Below the pieces are notes generated by a model. The model saw only the letters and a list, made by a program, of their open reading frames with translations, was not told the DNA's origin and ran no database searches. This document shows positions 10,289-20,576 of a DNA stretch of 64,000 bases, piece by piece; the stretch's first letter is position 1, and the number at the start of each line of letters is the position of its first letter. A program made the position numbers and the translations under genes. This DNA is from Trueperaceae bacterium (GTDB lineage: Bacteria; Deinococcota; Deinococci; Deinococcales; Trueperaceae), in assembly GCA_965213925.1 (NCBI GenBank), contig OZ243927.1:1440001-1504000 (forward strand), given 5' to 3'.

Positions 10289-10762
10289 CCTTCACGGATG
10301 AGACGTAAACTCGGCGCGACCCGCTAGCTAAAGCTGAGTTGCTGAAGAGTTTTATGCGCGAAGTAAAGTCGCTCTGCTCCCGCTGGGCGAAGCAACGCCC
10401 TCAGTAAGAATAATAAGGATAAGTAGTGCAATTCCGTATAACTTCGCCAGCGTTCGCTCGAGCCTCGTACAAAACGTGTCCTCACCTCGGTCTTCATCCA
10501 AGTTCTAACCGAACATTATCCTCTCTCTCATCGTGTATAGGTTGAGAGAGGGTTTCTTCGGCTTATTCAGAGCTGCAACTCGCATTTTCTCACCTTTTAT
10601 AAGAAACCGTTCATTACAATATAACAACTTTCATTTTCTTCGGGCAGTGCGTCGTGTAGAGAGGGAGACTCGCACCTTTGGGTTTAAGCGGATAGCTACG
10701 CGTCGCCGCCGAACCAGCTAACCAACACGCTCACTTAAACACGTTCGCTTAACAGAGGGGAA

Positions 10763-13369
10763 ATGATGAAGAGTTTAGGCAAATTGCCAGGTCAATTACT
10801 TAGCGCGGCGCTGCTCGCCGCGCTTATTTTGGTCGGCTGTCAACAGGAAGAAACGTCAGCTTCTGTGGCGGAGACGTTGCAAGACGATGGGCGCTTCAGT
10901 ACGTTGAGTTCGCTTTTGGGAGAGGGTGAGTTGCAGTCTTTGCAGGGCGGCTCTTTCACGATTTTCGCGCCGACGGACGAGGCGTTCGAGGCGCTCTATG
11001 AAGAGGTCGGTAGCATCGACCCCGAACGCCTCCGCCAAATTTTGCGCTACCACCTCGTACCCGAGGGATACAGCGCCGAAGACCTTATCGCGCTGGACGG
11101 GCAGAGCATTACGACGCTCGAGGGCGGCGACATCGCCATCAGCGTAGAGGACGGCGCGGTCATCTTGAATGGGCGCGTTAAGGTCATTCAAGCTGATATT
11201 TTCGCGCTGGACGGCGTTATTCATGTGATCGACGCCGTGCTCATCCCTGGCGAAGGTGATGGCGAGGGCGATGGGGGCGGCGAAGCGATCAGCTTCGAGA
11301 GCACACCGGGGCTCACGACGGTGCAAGACGACTCGGTGAGCGATTCCATCGAGATTGACGATCCGCGCTACTTGACTGACCTCAGCGTGACGCTCGATAT
11401 CACTCACCCGTTCGTCTTCGACCTCATCATCACTTTAGAGCACGAGGAAACGGGCACGATCATCACCTTAGTTGAGAAACCCCGCTCCGACGACAGCGAC
11501 GTTAAGACGACCTTGACCGACAGCGCCGAGCTGAGCCAAGCGGACGTTGCCTACGACCCGGAAGCCGACATCGAAGCGTTCCCCGAGGCTGAATATAGAC
11601 CGCTCGAGCCCCTGGAGTTCTTCTACGGCGAGGCGCTTGCGGGCACCTGGACGCTCACAGTGCGCGACGACGTAGACAATCCCGACTCGGGCACGCTCAA
11701 CGCCTGGTCACTCAACTTTGGCGCGGTGGCAGAAAAACCCGATCCCGCGATCTACCTGACGCCTGGCGGCAGCAACGTCAGCGCGCTCGTGCCGGGAACG
11801 ACGGAAGCGTTGGTTTTCAACGTTAAACGGCTCGCGGACTTAGAGGGCGACGTTGAGCTTAGCGCGGACAGCGGTGACGGACTCTCGGTAGACCCCGTCA
11901 CGATAGACGCGGACGCCGAACAAGGTGTGTTGCCTGTCGAGGTCGCTGACGGAGCCGACTTGGGCGAGCGGACGCTCACCGTCACCGCTCAGAGCGGTGA
12001 CGCAACGAGGGAGGTCACGCTCGAGCTGATGCTCGCCCCCTTCGACCACCACGACGTCGAACTCCTAGCCTACTTGCCCCTCGCCACCATCGGCACGCCC
12101 GACGGTGACGGCAACGACTCGTGGGGCTGGACCGACCCCGAGACGGATCAAGACATCGCCATGATGGGCACCACCACGGGCGTCGCCTTCGTAGACGTGA
12201 GCGACCCGAGCGAGCCGGAATACCTGGGGCTCTTGCCGAGCTACAGTCCTGAGGGCTCGGGCAATATCTGGCGCGACATCAAGGTCTACAAGAATCACGC
12301 CTTCGTGGTGAGCGAAGCCGAGGGTCACGGAATGCAAATTTTCGACCTCACGCAGCTTCGCTCGGTCTCGAGCCCGCAGACCTTCGAGGAGACCGCTCAC
12401 TACGACGGTTTCGGCAACGCGCATAATATCGTCATCAACGAGGCGACGGGCTTCGCCTATTCGGTCGGCGCAACCGAGGAACAGTACGACCAGGTCTGCT
12501 TCGGCGGTCTCCTGATGTTAGACCTCTCGACGCCCACCGAGCCGGCGTCTGCGGGCTGCTTCGCGGGCGGCGTGCCCGAGGGTGAGAGCGCGGGCGAAGC
12601 GTATCCCGAAGACGTCTACGTCCACGACGCCCAGTGCGTCATCTACGAGGGTCCAGATGAGGAGTATCAGGGCAGCGAAATCTGCCTCACTTCGGACGGT
12701 CAGATCAACGAAGGCAGCGCGGACTATTTAGGCGTCGCCGACGTGTCCGACAAAGATAACGTCGTGCAGGTCTCGAGGGTCGAATACGAAGGCGCAGGTT
12801 ACGCCCACCAGGGTTGGCTCACCGAAGACCACGCCTACTTCATCTTCAACGATGAGCTAGACGAACTCGATAACGGCGTCGACACCCTGACCTACATCTG
12901 GGACGTGCGCGACCTGGACAACCCCACGCTCGCAGGTACCTTCAAGAACCCCAGAGACGCCATCGGTCACAACACCTACACGCTGGACAATTACGCCTAC
13001 CAAGCGAACTACACGAGCGGTCTGCGCATCGTGGACTTGACCGACATCGGCGCAATCGAAGAGGTCGCTTACTTCGACACCTACCCCGAAGACGACGAAG
13101 ACAACCCCGAGCATGACCACGGCGACCACGACCATGACGACCACACTGAACTGAGGGCGCAAGCGTGCGCCGCAGGCGGCGCTAAGACGCAAAGTTTAGA
13201 AACGCTTCACCACCCCGAAGAGAACCCGCTCGCGCTCGCCTGCACCGAGGCGGCAGCCTTTAGCGGCGTCTGGAGCAACTACCCCTACTTTGACGACATC
13301 GTCATCTTGAGCGATATCGACCGGGGCTTCTTCATCGTCAAACCGGACATTCACGACCACGATCATTAG
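10763..13369 (+). CDS. Acidic lipoprotein: fasciclin + proprotein-convertase P-like + Ig-like + choice-of-anchor B (LVIVD-type) domains
   Basis: Lipobox LVGC; FTIFAPTDEAF and GVIHVIDAVL (fasciclin); LDITHPF...GTWTLTVRD...GTLNAWSL (P domain); GNDSWGWTD, WRDIKVY, HDAQCVIY, YAHQGWLTED, YQANYTSGLRI, WSNYPYF (choice-of-anchor B). Confidence 0.85.
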   Translation: MMKSLGKLPGQLLSAALLAALILVGCQQEETSASVAETLQDDGRFSTLSSLLGEGELQSLQGGSFTIFAPTDEAFEALYEEVGSIDPERLRQILRYHLVPEGYSAEDLIALDGQSITTLEGGDIAISVEDGAVILNGRVKVIQADIFALDGVIHVIDAVLIPGEGDGEGDGGGEAISFESTPGLTTVQDDSVSDSIEIDDPRYLTDLSVTLDITHPFVFDLIITLEHEETGTIITLVEKPRSDDSDVKTTLTDSAELSQADVAYDPEADIEAFPEAEYRPLEPLEFFYGEALAGTWTLTVRDDVDNPDSGTLNAWSLNFGAVAEKPDPAIYLTPGGSNVSALVPGTTEALVFNVKRLADLEGDVELSADSGDGLSVDPVTIDADAEQGVLPVEVADGADLGERTLTVTAQSGDATREVTLELMLAPFDHHDVELLAYLPLATIGTPDGDGNDSWGWTDPETDQDIAMMGTTTGVAFVDVSDPSEPEYLGLLPSYSPEGSGNIWRDIKVYKNHAFVVSEAEGHGMQIFDLTQLRSVSSPQTFEETAHYDGFGNAHNIVINEATGFAYSVGATEEQYDQVCFGGLLMLDLSTPTEPASAGCFAGGVPEGESAGEAYPEDVYVHDAQCVIYEGPDEEYQGSEICLTSDGQINEGSADYLGVADVSDKDNVVQVSRVEYEGAGYAHQGWLTEDHAYFIFNDELDELDNGVDTLTYIWDVRDLDNPTLAGTFKNPRDAIGHNTYTLDNYAYQANYTSGLRIVDLTDIGAIEEVAYFDTYPEDDEDNPEHDHGDHDHDDHTELRAQACAAGGAKTQSLETLHHPEENPLALACTEAAAFSGVWSNYPYFDDIVILSDIDRGFFIVKPDIHDHDH

Positions 13370-13375
13370 GTGACG

Positions 13376-13403
13376 GTAGGGATGATTTGTAAATCGTTCC
13401 TAC
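13376..13403 (+). repeat. GTAG-type REP palindrome
   Basis: gtagggatgattt-gt-aaatcgttcctac. Confidence 0.7.
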
Positions 13404-13406
13404 TCA

Positions 13407-13603
13407 GTACACTGTCAGCTAAATTCTGCAACACTGTTGTCACCCTGTTCACGAAGTTAGGCGTAGCCCGGTTGCCGAAGGGTCTCGTCTTCCAATCTCG
13501 ACGATTGGAAGACGAGATTCTTCGACTCCGCTTCGCTCTTCTTCGAAGGTGCTAACGCGAACCGCTCAGAATGACATCACTCATTTTTTACTTGACGCTG
13601 TAC
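13407..13603 (+). mobile_element. MITE-like dispersed repeat, copy 1
   Basis: Ends GTACACTGTCA...TTGACGCTGTAC; TCA direct repeat on both flanks (CTCAG context); internal TGTCACCCTG...GGTCTCG...GAGATTCTT...CAGAATGACA. Confidence 0.8.
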
Positions 13604-13634
13604 TCAGCGCCATATTCGACTGTAGCTAAACCGT

Positions 13635-13663
13635 GTAGGGGCAAGTTCGAAGCTTGCTCCTAC
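13635..13663 (+). repeat. GTAG-type REP palindrome
   Basis: gtaggggcaag-ttcgaag-cttgctcctac. Confidence 0.7.
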
Positions 13664-13770
13664 AAACATGTACTCTAAGGCGCGATAACTCACCTCTTGT
13701 ACCCAGCCTGGCATTCCACCTGAGCGGCGTGAGGTAGGCTAGTTCTCATGTTGATGTCGGCGGAACGTGC

Positions 13771-15048
13771 GTGTTAGGGCTACGAACTTTAGGGAAGACC
13801 AAATCTTGGGCACAGGGCGTCTTTTACGGCTGGTGGGTCTTAGCTGGAAGTGTCGCCACCCAATTCTTAACCGCGAGCTTTACCTTGCAGTCTTTTGGCG
13901 CGTACTTCGCGGTGATGGCTCCCGAGTTCGGCTGGAGCAAAACGGCGTTTTCGGTGGCGTTTGGCATTCAGCAGGCGGGGGGCGGCTTGCTGGGACCGGT
14001 TATCGGCTGGCTCTTGGGGCGCTTCGGCTCGAGGGGGGTCATCCGCGTCGGGCTCATTATCTTCGCCATCGGCGTCGCCTTGCTCAGTCAAATTCAGACG
14101 CTGGCGCATTTCTACGGTGCAGTCTGCGTGATCGCCCTAGGTGCTAGCTTGTCTGGTTTTTTGCCGCTCAACACCGTTGTTGTGCAGTGGTTTCGGCGCT
14201 GGCGCTCGTTGGCGTTGGCGTTCGTGCAGACGGGAATTGCGCTAGGCGGGCTTGTCGTCCCTATCGTCGCGTGGGCGCTAGAGACCTACGGTTGGCGCGC
14301 TTCGGCGCTGGGCTCGAGTCTCCTGGTCCTTCTTATCGGCGTCCCGCTGACCTACGTTCTGCGCAATACGCCCGAAGAGATGGACTTAGAACCCGACGGC
14401 GGTTTACCGCCGCAGAACCCGGACGCTGACCCTCAAGAGCGCGACTTCACCGCGCGTGAGGCAGTCCGCACGAGAGCCTTCTGGTTCATCTCCTTCGGTC
14501 ACTCTTTGGCGCTCGGCGTCGTCTTCGCCGTGCTCGCGCACCTCGTCGTCTTCCTCACAGACGACTACGGCTTTTCGCTTACACTTGCCGCGACGATGGT
14601 CACGGTCATGACCTCGATGAGCGTCGCCGGGCAGCTTATCGGCGGCGTTTTGGGTGACAAGTTCGACAAGCGCTTCATCGCCACCGCCGCGATGTTCGGT
14701 CATGCGGGCGGACTACTTATGCTGACCTACGGCACGGGGCTTCCGTGGGCGATCGCCTTCGCGGTCACGCACGGGCTCGCGTGGGGGCTGCGCGGCCCTG
14801 TTATGCAGTCTCTACGCGCGGACTACTTCGGGCGCACCCACTTCGGACAGATCATGGGGCTCTCCTCGCCGATCATCACGGTGGGAATGGTGGGCGGTCC
14901 GGTAGTCGCGGGCAGCTTTGCCGACCTTTTCGGCAGCTACCACATCGGTTTTACGGTGCTCGCCGCGTTCGCTGCGCTGGGTTCGGTCTTCTTTGTGTTG
15001 GCGACACCGCCAAAGCGTTCTGAGTCGGAATTTAAGCCAGCCGAGTAA
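13771..15048 (+). CDS. MFS transporter
   Basis: About 12 hydrophobic segments; FYGWW start, GWLLGRFGSR and GVLGDKFDKR loop motifs, ADYFGR. Confidence 0.9.
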   Translation: MLGLRTLGKTKSWAQGVFYGWWVLAGSVATQFLTASFTLQSFGAYFAVMAPEFGWSKTAFSVAFGIQQAGGGLLGPVIGWLLGRFGSRGVIRVGLIIFAIGVALLSQIQTLAHFYGAVCVIALGASLSGFLPLNTVVVQWFRRWRSLALAFVQTGIALGGLVVPIVAWALETYGWRASALGSSLLVLLIGVPLTYVLRNTPEEMDLEPDGGLPPQNPDADPQERDFTAREAVRTRAFWFISFGHSLALGVVFAVLAHLVVFLTDDYGFSLTLAATMVTVMTSMSVAGQLIGGVLGDKFDKRFIATAAMFGHAGGLLMLTYGTGLPWAIAFAVTHGLAWGLRGPVMQSLRADYFGRTHFGQIMGLSSPIITVGMVGGPVVAGSFADLFGSYHIGFTVLAAFAALGSVFFVLATPPKRSESEFKPAE

Positions 15049-15136
15049 GCTGTGATTTCCTTTTATGCTAACGTCACAGTGAAAGGCTGAGACTAAGGGC
15101 AGACTGAGGGTGCACGCCACTTAACGAATGAGGTAC

Positions 15137-15331
15137 ATGATGAATGATGATAGACAGGACCGCAGGCAGGACGATGACCGCGAGCTGACCTTCGAGAGCG
15201 GCTACGGGGCGCAGGACAAGGTGTTGGAGGATGACGAGACCTTGGAGGACGTCGCGGGCGTGAGCGAAGAGGATATCCGCGAAGACTTGCGGGAAACACA
15301 AGAAGAGGATGAGGCGAAAAGCAAAGATTAG
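15137..15331 (+). CDS. Small, very acidic hypothetical protein
   Basis: GAGG RBS before ATG 15137; D/E-rich and probably disordered. Confidence 0.6.
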   Translation: MMNDDRQDRRQDDDRELTFESGYGAQDKVLEDDETLEDVAGVSEEDIREDLRETQEEDEAKSKD

Positions 15332-15341
15332 GGCGCGGGGC

Positions 15342-15884
15342 TCAGGTCAGCCTCGAAAAGACAATCTGAATGCCCATAAAGATACCGAGCGGCAAAACGA
15401 TGACGAGCAGCGCGTAGATCGTCACGACGGGCCAGACTGCCCGCTCCAGGAAAACTTGCAAACCGTAGCGGAGCACCGCGAGATGCCACACGAGCAAAAG
15501 CCCTACGCTCAGCACGAAGCCCAGCATGGGAACGACTAACAGAGCAGGCAGCATCGAGACGCCGACGAAAAACGCGGGCGTCCAACTCCAGCCCGCGACC
15601 TCCCACGCCCGCACGTCGAGCGAGCCGGGGCGCTGCAATGAGACGCCGCCCAAACCCCAGAAGAAGAGTAGTTGCAACGCGCCTACACCGAGCGCGAGCG
15701 CGAAGATAGGCAAGTAGGCGTTCGAGCCGCTCGAGCGGATGAACGCCAGCGCTAGCGTAAGCGCGTAGACGAGGTAGGAACAGAACGCTACGGTAAAGGC
15801 TCTGAGGATACGAGCGTCCTGGGGCTCCAACCAGGTAAAAAACCGGCGCGGAGCCGACGCCGCCGACCACATCTCCTGGATCAT
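15342..15884 (-). CDS. Hypothetical membrane protein (Yip1-like topology)
   Basis: About 5 TM segments; ATGA overlap with mqnD. Confidence 0.75.
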   Translation of the reverse strand: MIQEMWSAASAPRRFFTWLEPQDARILRAFTVAFCSYLVYALTLALAFIRSSGSNAYLPIFALALGVGALQLLFFWGLGGVSLQRPGSLDVRAWEVAGWSWTPAFFVGVSMLPALLVVPMLGFVLSVGLLLVWHLAVLRYGLQVFLERAVWPVVTIYALLVIVLPLGIFMGIQIVFSRLT

Positions 15885-16729
15885 GAAGCGGGAGCCGTCT
15901 GTAGGGTGAGGAAAAGAGGTTCTTTGGGCTCCGGGATGAGACCCCTTCCTTTCGCGCGCTCGAGCAGGGTCCGCACCGCCTGCTCACCCGTTTCGCCGAC
16001 GTCTAACGAATAGTCGTTCACGTAGAGGTCAATGTGCCGCTGCATGACCTCTGCCGACATCTCCTGCGCGTGCGCCGCGACGTAGGGCTGCGCCTCTTCG
16101 CAGTGACGGTAGCTGTAGCGTAAACTGTCCCGGATGACCTCTTGAATGTGCGCCAACCTCTTCTCGCCTAACGAACGCCGCGCCATGATGCCGCCGAGCG
16201 GCAAGGGCAAGCCCGTCTCCTGTTCCCACCACTCGCCCAGGTCGAGATGTTTCTGCAAGCCGTACTCCGCGAATGTAAAACGCGACTCGTGGATGATGAG
16301 CCCCGCGTCCACCTCGCCTGCCGCGACTGCGGGCATAATTTTGTCGTAGCGAAGCTCTACGACTTCAATATCGTCAGGTTGCGAAAGCTTGAGCAAGAGG
16401 TTCGCGGTGGTGAGCCCGCCGGGGATAGCGACGCGCCTGCCCGAGAGGTCACCCAGGACCTCTTTCGTCACGAGGAGCGGCCCGACGCCCTTGCCGAGCG
16501 CGCCGCCGCTACGGAGCATGACGTAGTCGTCCGTGAGGTGTCCGTAAGCGTGATAGCTGATTTTGGTCACGTCTAACGCACCCTTTCGCGCCAACCGGTT
16601 GAGGGCTTCGACGTCCCCTAGCCTCACCTGCCAGTCCATATCAGAAGCGACCTTGCCGTGCGCTAGTCCGTAGAAGATAAAGCAGTCGTTGGGGCAAGGT
16701 GAATATCCGAGCGTCAAAGGTGTCGTCAC
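15881..16729 (-). CDS. mqnD: 1,4-dihydroxy-6-naphthoate synthase (futalosine menaquinone pathway)
   Basis: LGYSPCPNDCFIF, DVEALN, SGGALGKGVGP, GLIIHESRFT, DLGEWWE...PLPLG, HIDLYVN. Confidence 0.95.
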   Translation of the reverse strand: MTTPLTLGYSPCPNDCFIFYGLAHGKVASDMDWQVRLGDVEALNRLARKGALDVTKISYHAYGHLTDDYVMLRSGGALGKGVGPLLVTKEVLGDLSGRRVAIPGGLTTANLLLKLSQPDDIEVVELRYDKIMPAVAAGEVDAGLIIHESRFTFAEYGLQKHLDLGEWWEQETGLPLPLGGIMARRSLGEKRLAHIQEVIRDSLRYSYRHCEEAQPYVAAHAQEMSAEVMQRHIDLYVNDYSLDVGETGEQAVRTLLERAKGRGLIPEPKEPLFLTLQTAPAS

Positions 16730-16735
16730 GGTGAT

Positions 16736-17158
16736 CTACAGCAACCTTTGGTGATCTGCGAGCATACAGCGGCTTTGGATGACATCAATTCCGGCGTCTG
16801 AAAGCTGTTCTGCAACCTCATCGTGACGGATGCCCGACTGAAACCAAACGACTTTAGGGCGCGGCTCCATCGCCAAAATATCTTCGACATGCTCGGGTAG
16901 ATTGTCGCTGCGGCGGAAAACGTCCACCACATCAATCGGTTTTTGCAGGTCTTGAAGGTTTGGTAAGAAGGGTTCTCCGAAAAGCGTCTTCCCCTCGTGT
17001 ACGGGATTGACCGGGTAGATCGTGTAGCCTTCGCCGTAGAGGTACTTAGGGACGTAGTGCGCCGCCTTGCTCTCGCGTACGTTCGCACCCAAAACTGCAA
17101 CGGTTTCGCTCTCGCGGAGCACGCGCACAACCTCTTCTATGTCGGTGAGTATCGCCAT
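16736..17158 (-). CDS. CoA-binding protein (YccU-like)
   Basis: VAVLGA...YPVNP...IDVVDVFRRS...VWFQSGI...RCM. Confidence 0.9.
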   Translation of the reverse strand: MAILTDIEEVVRVLRESETVAVLGANVRESKAAHYVPKYLYGEGYTIYPVNPVHEGKTLFGEPFLPNLQDLQKPIDVVDVFRRSDNLPEHVEDILAMEPRPKVVWFQSGIRHDEVAEQLSDAGIDVIQSRCMLADHQRLL

Positions 17159-17375
17159 GCTTCAGTCTACGCGATAAGGGGCTGTATGAACTCTGTCTAC
17201 AAAACTCGCGTGTATTAAAACTCGAGGGGCTAAAACGAGAGGCTAGAATCCAGTACGGTTAGTCCAAACATGGTGTGACAATCTACACACGCGCCTTTCT
17301 CCCTCACCTATGCTGCTACTTAGGGCACAAGAACGCAAAAACGTGTCTGTATCTACATCTTCAAGGGGGAGTAGT

Positions 17376-18236
17376 ATGTTTTTCCATGTCAAAAAGTTGC
17401 AGTTTGGAGCCGAACCGAGCCGTCCGGACCCGCTTTTAGCTAAGAAGATGCAAGAACTCATCGGCGGACCCTACGGCGAGATGAGCGTGGCGATGCAGTA
17501 CATGTTTCAGGGCTGGAACTGCCGCGCGAGCAAAAAGTACCAGGACATGATCATGGACATCGGTGCGGAGGAGATGTCGCACGTGGAGATGCTTTCAGTC
17601 ATGGTCTCGAAGCTCTTGGACGGCGCACCCCTCAACCCGGACGAGGCGAACTCGGTGATGCCGGGCGTGTCGCCTGCGCAAGCCGCCGCGATGAACCCCA
17701 AGCACGTCATCGCCAGCGGTACGGGCGCGATGCCCGCGGACAGCGTCGGCTACCCGTGGAACGGTAACTACATCATCGCCAGCGGCAACCTCTTGGCGGA
17801 CTTTAGAGCCAACGTCGCTGCCGAGTCGCAGGGGCGCTTGCAGGCGATTCGCATCTACGAATCCACTGACGACGAGGGCGTCAAGAAGCTCTTAGAGTTC
17901 ATGATCGCCCGCGACACCATGCACCAAAACCAGTGGCTCGCCGCGATTGAGGAGTTGCAGAAGGACGGCTTGGAAGAGGTCATCGCGCCCTCGAACTTCG
18001 ACCGGAGCCGCGAAAACCAGGACGTGAGCTACCAGTACTGGAACCTTTCAGAAGGCAACGACTCCCGCCAGGGTGCGTGGGCACAGGGAACTGCACCGGA
18101 CGGCAAAGGGACCTTCGAGTACCTGGAGAACCCCCAGCCGCTAGGCGAGCAGGCGGAGCCGCTGCCAGCGGGCGACGACCGATTGCACAACACGGGTATG
18201 GCGAACGCGACACAGGGCGTGCCGGGGGACGACTGA
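17376..18236 (+). CDS. Manganese catalase family protein
   Basis: MFFH start with GGGGGAG RBS; QELIGGPYGE, DIGAEEMSHVEM, ANVAAESQGR, ARDTMHQNQW. Confidence 0.92.
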   Translation: MFFHVKKLQFGAEPSRPDPLLAKKMQELIGGPYGEMSVAMQYMFQGWNCRASKKYQDMIMDIGAEEMSHVEMLSVMVSKLLDGAPLNPDEANSVMPGVSPAQAAAMNPKHVIASGTGAMPADSVGYPWNGNYIIASGNLLADFRANVAAESQGRLQAIRIYESTDDEGVKKLLEFMIARDTMHQNQWLAAIEELQKDGLEEVIAPSNFDRSRENQDVSYQYWNLSEGNDSRQGAWAQGTAPDGKGTFEYLENPQPLGEQAEPLPAGDDRLHNTGMANATQGVPGDD

Positions 18237-18272
18237 GAGCAGACAAGAAATTCGAAGCTAAGTTGGAACCGA

Positions 18273-18318
18273 GTAGAGGGAGGTCTCGAGACCCTTCGCA
18301 GCCTCGAGACCTCCACTA
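18273..18318 (+). repeat. REP-like hairpin between the catalase and dehydrogenase genes
   Basis: gtagagggaggtctcgag...ctcgagacctccacta. Confidence 0.5.
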
Positions 18319-18352
18319 AGAACTTCTGCAAAAGACCCCATAAGGAGATGAG

Positions 18353-19561
18353 ATGAAAGCAGTTGTATTCCACGGCGTCGGTGACATCCGTTTAGACGAC
18401 GTACCCGACCCGCAGATTCAAGACCCCAACGACGCGGTGGTACGCCTCACCGCGAGCGCGATTTGCGGCACCGACTTACACATGATTCGCGGCACGATGG
18501 CGGGCATGAAGCCCGGCACGATTCTCGGGCATGAGGGCGTCGGCGTGGTCGAAGAGGTCGGCGAGGACGTGCGCAACTTCCGCCCCGGCGACCGCGTGGT
18601 GATTCCCTCGACCATCGGCTGCGGGAGCTGCGTCTACTGCCGCGACGGGTACTACGCCCAGTGCGACAACGCCAACCCGAACGGCAAGCTCGCGGGCACC
18701 GCCTTTTTCGGCGGACCGGAGAGCACCGGACCCTTCGACGGGCTGCAAGCGGAAAAGGTGCGCGTGCCCTTCGCGAACGTCGGACTCGTCAAAGTTCCCG
18801 ACAACGTCGCCGACGAACAAGCCATCCTCATTTCGGACGTCTTCCCGACGGGTTATCAGGGCGCGGATATGGCAGACATTGAGGCGGGCGACACGGTGGC
18901 GGTTTTCGGCTGCGGCGCGGTGGGGCTCTTTGCGATTCTGAGCGCCAAGATGTTGGGCGCGGGGCGCGTCTTTGCGGTGGACAGGTTAGAAGACAGGCTC
19001 GAGATGGCGCGCAACTTAGGCGCGGAAGCCGTCAACTTCGAACAAGAAGACCCCGTAGAAACCCTGCGCCGCTTGACGGGTGGCAGCGGTCCCGACCGCA
19101 TCATTGACGCGGTGGGCGTAGACGCCGAGCACGCCGAGCAGGGTCCGGCGACGCCGAGCGGCAGCGAGGACGAAGGGTTCGACCAAGAGGTCTCGCAGGT
19201 CGCACCGGAGCAAAACCCGGACGGCGAGCTGTGGGTGCCGGGGAGCGCACCTTCGCAGGCGCTCGAGTGGTGCGTCCAAGCACTCGCCAAAGCGGGCACC
19301 TTGTCTATCATCGGCGTCTACCCGCCCAACATGGAGAGCTTCCCCATCGGTCAAGCGATGCAGAAAAACATCACCATGAAGATGGGCAACTGCAACCACC
19401 GCAAATACATCCCGATGCTCTTGGGTCTTACCGCCTCGGGCGCGGTGGACCCCGTGAAGGTCCTGACTCAGATGGAGCCGACGCAAAATGCGATAGACGC
19501 TTACAAAGTGTTTGATGAGCGGCAGCCCGGCTGGATCAAGGTGGAGCTGGAAACGGCGTAG
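18353..19561 (+). CDS. Zinc-dependent MDR dehydrogenase (formaldehyde-dehydrogenase-like, YbdR type)
   Basis: ICGTDLH, GHEGVG, CGSCVYC...C, SDVFPTG, GCGAVG. Confidence 0.9.
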   Translation: MKAVVFHGVGDIRLDDVPDPQIQDPNDAVVRLTASAICGTDLHMIRGTMAGMKPGTILGHEGVGVVEEVGEDVRNFRPGDRVVIPSTIGCGSCVYCRDGYYAQCDNANPNGKLAGTAFFGGPESTGPFDGLQAEKVRVPFANVGLVKVPDNVADEQAILISDVFPTGYQGADMADIEAGDTVAVFGCGAVGLFAILSAKMLGAGRVFAVDRLEDRLEMARNLGAEAVNFEQEDPVETLRRLTGGSGPDRIIDAVGVDAEHAEQGPATPSGSEDEGFDQEVSQVAPEQNPDGELWVPGSAPSQALEWCVQALAKAGTLSIIGVYPPNMESFPIGQAMQKNITMKMGNCNHRKYIPMLLGLTASGAVDPVKVLTQMEPTQNAIDAYKVFDERQPGWIKVELETA

Positions 19562-19847
19562 CCTCACACTGTTTTGTGAACGCGCTGCTCGAGAGGGCGG
19601 CGCGTTCTCACTGTCAAAGGAAGGGTTACGCAAGTTCCGGGACAAACCCAGCGACCGAACAGCGATCTCATCGAGCGAACAAGCCTATCCTTATCGCCAT
19701 AGATGTCGCCGCCTGCGCTCGTCCTTAATGTAGTGTGAGGGGCGGTGCTGCCCCTCCCCGAGCGCGCCAGACGGTGATGGCGGGGCAGCGACTTATCACC
19801 TCGCTCGCCTTCCCTTAAATCCTGAACCCGCGCGCGTTTGTGCGCAC

Positions 19848-19877
19848 TTGCGCTCGAGGGGGCTAACACGCTACTAT
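19848..19877 (+). promoter_or_regulatory. Candidate sigma70 promoter of rplS
   Basis: TTGCGC-18 nt-TACTAT. Confidence 0.45.
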
Positions 19878-19998
19878 TACAAGGTTGTGCCAGCGGCCCA
19901 CGCTAGATGTGGACTTCGCCTAAAGGTAACCTCAGAACTATTTATATTTTCTATCCCAGCAAGCACTATTTAAGCCAATATACTTAAAGGAGGAAGGC

Positions 19999-20412
19999 AT
20001 GAAATACAATAAAGGCGCGATTTTGCGCTCGATCGAACAGCCTTACTTGCGCGACGACATCCCCGAATTCGACACGGGCGATACCGTGCGCGTCAACTAC
20101 AAGGTCTCGGAAGGCAACCGCACCCGCGTTCAGGCGTTTGAAGGCGTCGCCATCGCGCGTCAGAACGGTAAAAAAGGCGCGCGCGCGTCGTTCACCGTGC
20201 GCAAAGTGAGCTTCGGCGAAGGCGTCGAGCGCGTTTTTCCGCTGCACTCGCCGCTGATCGACTCCGTCGAGATCGTTCGTCGCGGGCGTACCCGCCGCGC
20301 GAAGCTCTACTACCTGCGTGAGTTGCGCGGCAAAGCGGCGCGTCTCAAGACGGACGTGAGCCGCCAGGAAGAGGACCGCGCGGCGGCGCGGGCGGCGCGC
20401 GGCGCTAAGTAA
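19999..20412 (+). CDS. rplS: 50S ribosomal protein L19
   Basis: [52 protein letters not shown]. Confidence 0.98.
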   Translation: MKYNKGAILRSIEQPYLRDDIPEFDTGDTVRVNYKVSEGNRTRVQAFEGVAIARQNGKKGARASFTVRKVSFGEGVERVFPLHSPLIDSVEIVRRGRTRRAKLYYLRELRGKAARLKTDVSRQEEDRAAARAARGAK

Positions 20413-20441
20413 GCGTTGCACGCGTTTTGGCTGCGCCACGC

Positions 20442-20471
20442 TTGACAGGCGCGCGCTAAAGACGCTAAACT
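20442..20471 (+). promoter_or_regulatory. Sigma70 promoter upstream of tRNA-Ala
   Basis: TTGACA-18 nt-TAAACT. Confidence 0.7.
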
Positions 20472-20500
20472 AGCTGTTGCTGCTCTTTAAGCGGCGACGC

Positions 20501-20576
<76 letters not shown>

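Noticed and set aside
9646..10760. HNH gene as an RNA-guided (IscB/HEARO-like) or defence system
   Set aside because: No RuvC or PLMP motifs; it matches the common stand-alone HNH type; the flanking spacer shows only a terminator-like stem and one other hairpin.
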